A stretch of DNA of 64,000 bases, taken from Balanoglossus misakiensis (Eukaryota > Animalia > Hemichordata). Below are positions 53,585 through 64,000 of the stretch, piece by piece. A program made the translations under genes and the position numbers. The DNA lies in the NCBI GenBank assembly GCA_040954595.2, contig CM082596.2, forward strand, positions 9,134,461-9,198,460. The letters run 5' to 3'. The notes beneath the pieces are model-generated. The model ran no database searches and was not told the DNA's origin. It saw nothing but the letters and a program-made list of their open reading frames with translations. Position 1 is the stretch's first letter. Every line of letters begins with the position of its first letter.

Positions 53585-56500
53585 AGCCGCGTCACCGCAT
53601 CAATTTTGAGATTTTGCTTGGACGCTAAACAAAACTCTTTTTTTTTTTGGCCTTATGTATGGTCTGGTTTCCATTGCAGGGCTTTCAGAGGAAGAGAGTC
53701 CATGTTGAAATCCATCGAAGAGTATGTTAAAGACAGAGACCACATGAGCCCACTTTGTGTACACGGATTATCAGGGTCTGGAAAAACTTCAGTGATGGCA
53801 ATGGTCGCCAAGAATTCCAGGGAATGGCTCGGAGCGACGGGAATATGTGTGTTCCGGTTCCTCGGAACGTCACCACACAGCAGCAGCATTCATCAGACCC
53901 TTCAAAGTATTTGCAAACAGGTAAATAAACTATGCACCAATATTCACCTGGTAGTGAAAGGGAAGACTCGGTTGGAATGTCACTTTTATTTTATCTCCGC
54001 ATTATACATGTAGATATTTTTGGAAAATAAATCTCCTTTTATTTCATCCATATGTTTATCTCTCATAGTAAGGATGGCATTGGCGACCCACAGAAATTTG
54101 GTGAATGGGTAATTTTGAACTTGCTACTTGCTGAAACTGAACAAACATATTTCTCTGCATTTTATGTATAATTTATTGTAAGGCAAGCGATCTAAAATGC
54201 AAATATCTTTCTGCCTTCACTCATGCAGATATGTGAGGTTTACAATCACCCAGTACCAGATGCAGAGATTTTAGAAGACTATACATCAACAATGCAACAT
54301 TTTAAGAAGTTACTAGACACAGTGCCATCAAAAGAATCCACCTTGGTGCTGGTACTTGACAGTATCGACCAACTTTCCTCGTCCCATGATGCCCATGCGC
54401 TAAACTGGCTGCCCAAGACACTCCCGAAGCACGTTCGAATTGTGGTCTCCATGCTGCCTGATGTTCACGGCTGCCTCGAGGCATTGCAGAGAAACCTGGC
54501 CGATCAGAGATGCTATCTGGAGATGCAACCTCTGACGGGCAACATGGGGAGGGAGATTCTCGACGCGTGGCTGGACAGCAAACAGAGGAAAATAACAGAG
54601 GCGCAAAGTGCGGCGATTCTGACCGCGCTCGAGGGGTGCCCGCAGCCGCTGTTCTTGAAAATCGCGTTCGACAACATGATTCACTGGAAGTCATACACGC
54701 CTGCCGATGATACAAAGATTGCTCGCAGCATCCGTGAGGCAATAGAAGTTTTATTTGACGGCCTGGAGAAGAAGTACGGCAAAGTCTTTGTGTCCCACGC
54801 CTTGGCGTACATAACCGCCGCAAAAGACGGAATAACTGAAGCAGAGCTTGAGGACGTGCTATCATTGGACGATGAAGTTCTCGGCGATGTGTACCAGTAC
54901 TGGGACCCTCCGTCTGATGATCTTGTGCGAATTCCACCATTGCTATGGAAACGCACGAGATACGAAGTTGATGAGTATTTGGTCGAGAGACAAGCAGACG
55001 GCAAAACTGTCATGGCATGGTATCACCGGCAGTTCATCGAAACTGCCCAGAAAAGATACCTTGGGGGCAAAGCGAAGAGTGAAACACACTCCTTGTTGGC
55101 CGAATATTTTCGGGGGAAATTCTCTGGTGGGAAGTTCAAATTTCTAAACCTTGTCAAGAGGAAGAAAGTTCTGACAAATGCCGATCGACAAGTGGCATCA
55201 CAGCCCCTGGAGTATGGGGAAAATTTTTTCAACCTGAGAAAGTTGTCAGAATTACCCTATCATTTGCTTCATTCTGGAGAGATCGAGGAACTGAAAGAAG
55301 AGGTTCTTTGCAGGTTTGATTGGATTCTGACCAAGCTGCGCGGCACGTCATTTTTGGAGGTGATCCAAGACTACAGCAGTGTCTTAGAAGTTCACAAGGA
55401 TGAAACAGTCCAGTTGGTGCATGACGGATTGATGTTAGCCAGCAGCAACCTCAAGGCAGACCCGTACTCGCTCGCCGGTCAAATTATCGGTCGACTGCAC
55501 GGAATCTCTGGCCAGAACCACCGACTACTGGAGAGCTTGGTTGAGCAGGCGTTTGTTTGGTGCGAAGACAATGAGCGCCCTCTGCTGGTACCGAGAGCCG
55601 GGTGCCTTATTACTCCTGGGGGTCCACTGAAAACCACTCTTGCTGGCCATCCAAAGAGGGTAGACACAGTGGCATTGACGAACACCATGCGACACGCTGT
55701 TTCGTGCTGTGAAGTTTCAAAGACGGAGTGCATGTTGAATGTGTGGGACTTGGAGAAATATGAACTGGTTCATACTCTCAAAGCGCAGCCAGGGGGGAAG
55801 CCACATGTATTAATGTTTGGTGACCAAAAGAGGGTGATGTTCGGAGTCGGACCATTCCAAGTTTACGCGCTAGAAAGCGGAGAACATCTCCGGACAGTTG
55901 GTTCCAGTGAGGACCGAGTTGTTGCTGCGGCCTTGTCACATAGTGATGAGTATCTCCACACAGTGACAGACAAAAACCAGCTGATGATATGGGAGGTACA
56001 GAGCAACACATGTAAAGTCTCTGTTGACACCAATCACCAAGGCAACGTGACACACCTCAGTGTTTCTGATGACGACAAGGTGGCTGTGACAGGTGGAAAA
56101 GACAAAATCTTAAAAGCATGGGACACGGCGACCGGAGAAGCCTGTGGCCAATTCGAGGGACACACTGGACCAATCACATGTCTTGCCGTCTCCCCCGACA
56201 ACCGCAAAATTATGTCCGGAAGTGAAGACTCGAGCATAAAGATCTGGAAGTTGGATGCTTCTGATGATAGTCTTGTCGCAACAATACAAGCCCATTCGAA
56301 GGCTGTCTCTTTGCTGAAGCTAATCCGGAACGGGACGTCAATATTGTCAGGCTCCAAGGACCAGACATTGAAGTTATGGGACGTGCAAACACAGGCCTGC
56401 CTCCATGTGTTCAAAGGCCATCAAGATGGCATCTGGTGTGTGGCCGTCACTGCAGACGAAAAGCTCATGGTGTCCGGTTCAAAGGATGATCTCCTCAAAC

Positions 56501-58274
56501 TCTGGGACCTGGACAGTGGCAAATGCATGAATACCTATGAAGGGCACTCCTCCTGGATATCCAGTGTCTGTGTCACACACGATGGAAAGTCTGTTATATC
56601 TGGATCCAATGACAAAACGGTGAAGATTTGGAAGACAAAATCTGATGGGAATGTAAGTTCAATTTGTTGACACATCCCAATACATGGATGTCGTTTAAGA
56701 AATGTCTAACCTTTTTTCTGACCATTCTATAAATTATTTTTTCAGTTGCACCCACAAGAAGAGTTTAACTCCAATCCTGTATAAAACTATCTGTCTCAAA
56801 AAATTGTTAATTGAAACAACCATCTTGAAATTATTTCTAAAATTTCAGTAAGTTAATAGATCTACACGCTTTGATTAACAGCATGACTTAATTTCCAAAT
56901 GCCGTTTTCTGCTTTCCATTCAGGTAATAGAAAGAGAACGCCACGAGACTCAACCGACAGCAGTTGTTATGACAACTGATGGGTCATTAGCAGTGACTGC
57001 AGCACCTAAGGACGCAACCAGAATTTGGTCACACGGGACCGGTAAATGCCTTCACAAACTGCCCACCGAGAGCTCATGCATTGCACTGACAGCAGATGAC
57101 ACTCTATTGGCCACTGGTTGTGTTGATAAAGTTGTCCGAGTTTGGAACCCTAAAACTGGAGAGAGTGTCTACAACTTTGAGGGTCATGAACAAGGCATTG
57201 TGTGCCTGACGACCACACCGGATAACCGGTACCTCCTGTCGGCTTGCAAAGGCAATGCTATCAGGAAGTGGGACCTTGTCACAAGAGAGGCCTTCCCTGA
57301 ATGGACGGGTCATGACAAACCGATCAAATGTCTCAAAGTGACTCAGGATAGCTCCAAGGTCGTTTCCGGCTCAAGCGATGGCAGTGTCAGACTCTGGGAC
57401 ATGAACACCGGTGAGTGTCTCAGGGTTCTTACCGAACACACTGGTTCAGTTGACTGCATTGCAGTGACGTCAAAAGGCAATTGGCTGGCCTCCGGATCTA
57501 TGGACAAGACAGCCAAGATATGGAACATGAACTCTGGGAAGCGCACTGATGAACTAACCGATTTTCACGATTCCGTGAAGTGCATCAGCTTCACGTCTGA
57601 CTCCAAGTATCTAGTGGCAGGGTCCCATGAATCCGAAAGACAGCTCAAAATGTGGCAAGTGGATAATAAAGGCCGCTGGTGGGTATTAAACAATCAACAG
57701 GAAAATACATGCTATCTTTGCTATGAAATGTCAGTAACCATCAGGCCTCATGGACATCAAGTGTTACATGAAATATATAATCTCAAAATATTAAATTTAT
57801 GATCCTTGTATCTGAACAAAGTAAGAAGAATGCCAGAGCTAACTGCACTGACATTAATCAGAGATTTATTGAAAAGAAAAGAATTTAAAGAGCAATTTGA
57901 CTTCTGTGCCAAAAGAGGACATGCAGGCAGCTTTATTAAATAAGTATAATTAACACTTACCAGTTTATTTTTCTTCTTTTTGTTTCAGTAAACTTGCCAG
58001 AGAATTCACAGGTCACCACCATGCCGTCATGACCATCCACATCACAGAAGACGATAGATTCCTTCTGTCTGGATCCCGTGACTGCACGCTGAAAGTCTGG
58101 GATTTGTCCTGTGCCGAGCTGTTGGCGTCATTCGATTTCCAGTCACAGGTGAAAACGCTTGGTGTCTCCAAGGAGATTGTACCCAATAGCGGACGATACA
58201 AAGTCGTGGCTGCGAATAAATCAGGAATGGTTGGTTTGTTTGATCTGCAGCTGATGTCAGTTTTGCACGGGTAA
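47752..58274 (+). CDS. NACHT and WD40 repeat protein, NWD1/NWD2-like (DUF4062-type N-terminus, STAND NTPase, WD40 propellers), ~1604 aa
   Basis: Phase-consistent exons: 47752-47860, 48297-48499, 48765-49125, 49339-49483, 49989-50279, 53680-53920, 54229-56652, 56924-57678, 57989-58274. Motifs: RIFISSTFTDMAEERN, VDMRWG, LGNKYG, Walker A GLSGSGKT, RFLGTS, Walker B LVLDSIDQL, RKLSELPYHL, and many GH...WD repeats. Confidence 0.92.
48701..48762. repeat. (TCTG/TC)n microsatellite forming the polypyrimidine tract of NWD exon 3
   Basis: tctgtctgtctgtctctctg... runs directly into the AG at 48763-48764. Confidence 0.8.
50529..51866. mobile_element. hAT-like non-autonomous element
   Basis: CAGGGCTCGAAATTA...TAATTTCGAGCCCTG with subterminal GGTAG/CTACC repeats. 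Only CATGT (5 bp) is duplicated at the flanks. Confidence 0.75.
51906..53652. mobile_element. Non-autonomous element with TTA TSD (Zator- or Harbinger-like)
   Basis: TTA|GGCC(A)nGAGTTTTGTTTAGCGTCC...GGACGCTAAACAAAACTC(T)nGGCC|TTA. Confidence 0.8.
52915..53043. repeat. Near-perfect palindrome (~45-bp arms)
   Basis: AGGTTATTACGAAAATACCGCAAAGTATGCAC..GGACATTAGCGC / GCGCTAATGTCC..GTGCATACTTTGCGGTATTTTCGTAATAACCT. Confidence 0.8.
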
Positions 58275-59374
58275 GTTCAAGGTGCCTAAATAAGCTGTTG
58301 TTATTAGTAATAAGGCTTTTCTGTATACAAAATTATTTTACACTGACTTGCATGCACTGTAATGTAACTATCAAGCAGCAAAAATATCTTGATTTGTTAT
58401 GTTCAACTTATTTATTTCATGTCTTTGTTTTTAAAAAATGTACTTCACAAATTTCTTTTTTTATTGAACATGTGCACAAATCAACACAGTTTAATTGATA
58501 TGCGAGTTGTTAAGCATTTTAATCTTTTTAAGGTAGAATGCACATGAAAACAAGACAGTGAACACCAACGTTTCTTCTTTTTTTTTTCAAATAGCAAAGT
58601 ACTGGAAGGTTTGGATGACTAATATTTTTCTGTAAAAGCTGTCCCAGAAGTGCCTATACTTCCTTAATGTTTTATTTCTTCTCACAGTGTAAACACACCA
58701 GAAGCTCCAGTTCTACGACGAAGAATGGGGCGATCAGCCATGTGTGACATATTGTAGTCGATTCACAGACCCCTGTGTGAATAAAACTGGAAAGTGGCAT
58801 AAGGAAGGATACTGAACAATATACAGTCATGTACATTGTGAAGCATTTGCATGGTCTCAGTTTCAATTTATGCCCCAAAAGCGTATGTAAATTTTGACTT
58901 ATATACATGTATTAGTATATAGAGTAATTATTAAACCAAATTGAGAAATAAATTCTTGAAATCATTTGTAAACACACATATATACATGTACACATTGCTT
59001 GTAAGACATCCATAGACAGTAGAAAAGATTGCAACATAACATATGAGTATAAACATACCGGGTAGTGGTTTCCTTGCCATTTTCCTAGTAAGATTCTAAT
59101 GGTATCTAATGGTTGTGTCAATCATTTCATGGCAATGGGGTCTCAATGTACTCTTAACTTGCATATTAAAGAGAGAAACTCATTATCATAACTGTTATGA
59201 AAGTTCAGTTGATACCTGGGGAGAACAAAAGAAGACATTGAGCACTGTCACTTTGGGTATACTGAATAGTGTCTTGATCTCTGCATCAACTGTTTAAATT
59301 CACTTTAGCTGCACCAGCAGTCAGCACGATTGCGACTCTGGATTCAGTTCGTACTGTATCTTAATTTGGATTAA

Positions 59375-59746
59375 GGATGTACGTTCAGTAAAATTGAAAG
59401 TATTGTCATTTTTTTTAATTGTGGATTTTTGGATTCTCCTTTGTATGTATAATGAAAATCCGTAATAAAATATAGGGGTCACCTTGCTTGTTTATGAAAT
59501 ACAGAGCTATGAATTTGGTCGATAATAGAAGAAAACTGCTGACTCAGCATTTTCAATGGTTTGTCTATTGGCAAAATTTTTAATGCAATTTATCTCAAAT
59601 AGAGCGCGGTGACCCCTATATTTTATTTGACCAATTAATTTATATTTGCTGGACTGAGCTATGTGTAAAATTTTGTGAAAATGACAATAGTAGAAGTTTG
59701 TTTTCTGGCGATTATCAATGTAATCCTAAGTTCTGCGCGTACATCC
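59375..59746. mobile_element. TTAA-flanked MITE family A, copy 3
   Basis: TTAA|GGATGTACG...GCGCGTACATCC|TTAA. Confidence 0.75.
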
Positions 59747-60239
59747 TTAAAGAGTAAGTTGAGCTATTTAAATTCTTTTAATGCAATACTACCGGTAGTT
59801 ATTACTCTGCTTTTATGGTATGTTAATCTGACAGGGCATTCGCAATTTCATTATCTGACTTCTGGAAGGTTAAGTAGCCAGTAGAAGTTGATTGTTTTCA
59901 ACAACCACAAGTCATATGACTACACTATTAAATGTCAAGCATTCTTTGACCACAGAGGGACAGTGTGATCTGATCTTTAGGACCTAGTGTAGAGTGTTCC
60001 AAATTACACTAATTGTTTTGAGGGAGTCCCTATACTACATGTACTAGTAAAGTATAATGTAAAAAAATCATTTTTATTGGGAAGATGCTTAACCCTTTCA
60101 CTGGTCGTGATTTCAAAAAGTATTTTCAAGGCGGGTTCAGTTTCTGCTCTTAGTGGGACGTCGTACTCTACGAACAAATTATTGTTGACACGCTCCCAGC
60201 AGAAGTCTTTTGAATATTCACAATCAATAAAGAGATGGT

Positions 60240-61914
60240 CTTTCGTTTGAATTTATACATGGCAGAAATTGCACAGGTTCGTACTTTGTACTACATTCAT
60301 TTTCATCAAAATTGCATTTGTAAAAATCAAATTAATCAAAAGTTTTGGTTGGAAACATCTCACTGTAGATTCAGTTATCACTTGTTTTGTAATGAGACAG
60401 TGTTTTACCCAATCATCATTACTCAAATTAAAAGTGTCACAATAATATTTTCTGGCTTCAGTTTTCTTCAGATGTTTTTTTAGAATTATCTCATAGTACT
60501 GTTTAGTAGTGATTTTTGTACAGTCATAGCATATTTCACCATGGTTTTAAAGGTACATTTAAAGATCTATTTACCAAGGATGCCTCTCTGAGCGCAATTG
60601 GCATAGCCTTCACCAAACACCAGAGCTTGAAAATCATATTTTCTGTAAAATTTACATGTCTCAAAATATTTACATTGTCTTGTATAATTGGCGAATTATC
60701 GTTCGTAAAGATATCATGTATATAAATGATGCCATTTGTAAATAAGTCATGAAAGTACACTAAATCTCCTCCAATACGTATATTCTTATTATTCCAGATT
60801 AATCTATTACCTATTATTAATCTATTACTCTCAATTATGTTCTTATGATCCCATTTTTTCACCTCGGCCCACAATGGCAAAATATCTTTGTAAAACAAGG
60901 GAAATTTGATGGAATAGTTTGCATATCATAATTACAACACAACAGAAGTGTCCCTCCCTTCTTCCAAAGATAATATAAAGGAAAAAAATTCCATTGTCCC
61001 TTTGCAACATGAAAGTGTCTGATCCAAGTCAATTTATTGACTTGAGACCAGGACAACAGGTGAGTAAGACCAAAACCCCCTTCTTTCCAGAGAGAGCACA
61101 TTGTATTGTCGTTCCGCTTATTTTTTTACCATTCCAGAGAAACTCATTTAAAATACTAAGCAATTTCGAGAGAAAATGCTCGGGGAGATGCAGGAAGGAA
61201 ATCTGATAAAGAAATTTTTGAATAATAAGAGTGAGAAAATGCTCGGGGAGATGCAGGAAGGAAATCTGATAAAGAAATTTTTGAATAATAAGAGTATTCA
61301 AAATTGTTATTTTTCATATGAGAGTTTCTACCTCTCCACATTGCAAGTGTTTGTTTGACACTGCTGAATTTATCATAAAAGTTCAGCTTATTTGCTTCAG
61401 ACATATTGTAGGAAAAGTACACACCAAGCGCTTTGAAAATCTTAGTAACTTTTAAACCAATGGGGCTGTCTGTTCTGTGTCTATCTTTGCCAAACCAGAA
61501 AACAGATGTCTTGTCTCTGTTCACACAGAGACCAGAGCATTGTGTAAATTTATCCTCGACAGCCATACAAGTGGCAACAGAATCTTCATTTTGTAAAAAA
61601 GCAGTAGTATCATCTGCAGATTGAACAATCACTTGAAATGTTGAAACCCTGTATGCATTTATCTTGTTTTACCATTCAACTAAGTAATTCCATAGTTATG
61701 ATAAAATGTATGGTGAAAAAGGGTCTCCTTGACGGACCCCTCTTTTTATACAAAAATATCTCGAGGTGAAACCATTATTAATAACACAAGTCTTAATATC
61801 AGCATAAAGCACAGTGAACCAGCGTCTCAATGAAGGACCAAAACCAAACTTCTCTAAACATTTCAACACAAATTCCCAATTGAGGGAGTCAAATGCTTTC
61901 TGAAAATCAACCAA
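60240..61914 (-). mobile_element. Degraded L1/Tx1 reverse transcriptase fragment with 63-bp tandem duplication
   Basis: VDFQKAFDSLNW, RGVRQGDP.SP, QSADD, FLWNGK, EGGFGL and IWNNKNI appear in successive broken frames. Duplication at 61170-61232 / 61233-61295. Confidence 0.85.
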
Positions 61915-62834
61915 TTAAAGAATATCGGTCTAAAAGGTATTTAGTTCTGCCAATTTTCTTCCATTCTGCAATGTTTATGACAATTTTTTGGTTATATTTC
62001 AAAGAATTTTTAGGTCCCATTGGAAAAACTTAAATTTGGTCAAAACTCAGAAACTCAACAACCCCTGGTCATATTGTTTTGAAAATTGATATGCATGTAC
62101 CTTATGTCTACCTCAAACAGTTCTCTATGTTTTGAGCTAATAGTATGAGTTTCCTATTTTTTATGCATTTTTTTGCCTTTTTTCCACATTTTTGGTAAAA
62201 AATCTATTTTTCTGGAATTGATCAGCCGACTTCTATGAAATTTAGTATGGAGCTTCATATAGGTGATCTGAGTTACCAAAGTTTTGTTTAAATTGCTGCA
62301 AAATTTTTATATTTATGATTTTGGAGCAATTTTTGCCATTTTTGATCAAGTAAGATTTGCATGTATGTTTTTCAAAATCAACTTGAAGAATTCAATAGTA
62401 TATTTTTGGGGTGATTTTTGCCATTTCTGGTCAAAACTCTTTCTCAGAACCCTCTACCCCATTGCTTTGAAATTTGACACGAAGGTTCCTGGGTGAGTTG
62501 TCACGATGATTTACAAAATCTATGATGAAAGCGTCAATGTTTTGTGTGGGCAATATCTTGTACATGTATTTTTGAGTTGTAAATTAATGTGATTGGCTTC
62601 TTTAGAATTATAATGGAATCAAATCATAGCTGATTCGGAACTTTTATATTTTGTACGTATACGATATTTTGTCTTATACCACAAAACATTTCATCTCAAG
62701 AAGAGCAATTACCAGTACATTCTTTGTAATAAAAGAGCCACCCCTACAACATGATTAAAAGGTGTGTTAACGACTTGATACCCGAATTAAGATAAGTGTC
62801 GCGCGATGTTCGGAAATGAGAAAAAAGTCGACTG

Positions 62835-63048
62835 GACGTTCGTTGATGTCTTTAATGGCCATCTCAGCTGCTGCTAAGTTGCTTTCATCACCACGCCAGA
62901 CGGCACCATTGAAAGAAAACAAGCCCAGCAGGTACAGATCTGTCTTGTTGTCTGCACGTCCTGTCTGAAAACTTGGCGTTACCAGTAAACTTACGATTGT
63001 AAGAAATCTTAACATCCCAGTGTACTGTTTTATAATGCTTAACTCCAT
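62835..63048 (-). pseudogene. First coding exon of a GABA-B-like class C GPCR / ANF-receptor-domain gene, apparently truncated
   Basis: Acceptor TTTTGCAG then CCACA-ATG. Signal-like MLRFLTIVSLLVTP, then LYLLGLF..W.G...AAAEMAIKDINER, typical of the Venus-flytrap N-terminus. Homology stops abruptly. An upstream donor AG|GTAAGG lies near 63220. No downstream exons were seen. Confidence 0.6.
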
Positions 63049-63722
63049 TGTGGCTGCAAAAGTAATTAAATAAAAAAGGGGCTTGATACAAAATCAAATT
63101 GAAGTATAATATAAAAGTTCTAGGGAAAATAGTTATACGATTGTATGTCTACAGCGTGGTTTCGTGTGAGTCCAGTGACTCATGAAACAATTTTGTAAAG
63201 ATGAAATTGTATAACCTTACCTTCGATGGAGGAAAGTTTCATGTTTACGTTTGAAATCAATCTGGTGAGCATTTGTCGTTTCGTTATAAAGGAACATTTT
63301 GTTTTAAAGTTCACTTAACTTGATTTCCTCCGTTCAATGAAATATTCGTCATGACTAGATTCATAAGAAATCATGGGCGTTTTATGGACGCTAAATCTTT
63401 CGATTATAGTGTCCTGAAGTACATACAGTATGTGATCAGTACTAACCTTTGTTGAATATAGGTGTAAAACATTAATTTCAAAGGTTTACTTTAACTGCAG
63501 TTAAACTGACATTTATATGTTCGAAGTTATGTCGTTTGGCTGTCTACAGCAAGTATTAACCCACTTTGGCGGTACCTAGACTACCGCAATTTCTGGGAGC
63601 CAGACGACATCGATTGGGACACGTTGAGCTGCGTCGCGTAGACTAGAAGTAGAGCGAAGGAATACCGCCGTATGTCAATTAAAAACAATCAATCGCCGTT
63701 TTAAAAAAGTAGGATGTCTTAA

Positions 63723-64000
63723 GGGACCGTTCAGATTTTACGGCTGGGGGGGGGGGGGGGGGGGTGGCAAAATCTAAGGGGGGAGTTCACTTAAATTTTG
63801 AAGTCCAAAGGGGGGGGGGGGTTATCGTTTTTTTTAAACGTTTAGGGGGGTCACTTACTTTTGCCACAAAACTTTTGCTTTTGAGTACACAAAATTGCAG
63901 TTTCGCGCCCTTTATTTTACAAAACCCCGTCCATTCTTCGCCACATTTCATTTATTGGCTGGTTTGTCTAGTGTACGAGGGCAGACTACTTGCCATCCCA
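63723..64000. mobile_element. Probable left end of another G-run MITE
   Basis: TAA|GGGACCGTTCAGATTTTACGGCTGGGGG.. resembles the end of the 43667 element. The right end is outside the window. Confidence 0.35.

Noticed and set aside
54302-57546. Several 60-212 aa antisense ORFs
   Set aside because: They overlap the GC-richer NWD exons and have no recognisable motifs.
61170-61295. 63-bp in-frame duplication as a functional repeat
   Set aside because: It sits in a dead L1 fragment with multiple frameshifts.

Overview
This is AT-rich, intron-containing animal genomic DNA, probably a marine invertebrate (inferred; the species cannot be called). The first 13 kb is a nest of mobile elements. A decayed Mutator-like transposase is split by a LINE with an 18-bp target-site duplication. 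Two Tx1/L1-type retrotransposon remnants abut pieces of U2 snRNA genes in a Keno-like, U2-targeted arrangement, and the second is itself hit by a CR1 and a DNA element. 14.9-36.9 kb (+) holds a 25-coding-exon PARP14-like gene (IDR-RRM-KH-3x macro-WWE-ART, ~2370 aa by my splice model), with IRF-like and NF-kB-like motifs upstream. 39-47 kb (-) is an apparently chimeric locus: three 5' exons of a signal-peptide Fe/Mn-SOD followed by the last three exons of a CYP46-like P450. 47.8-58.3 kb (+) holds an NWD1/2-like NACHT-WD40 gene (~1604 aa). The window ends with an L1 fragment and an orphan first exon of a class C GPCR/ANF-receptor-like gene. Many MITEs lie in introns. All gene models are manual and were not database-checked.
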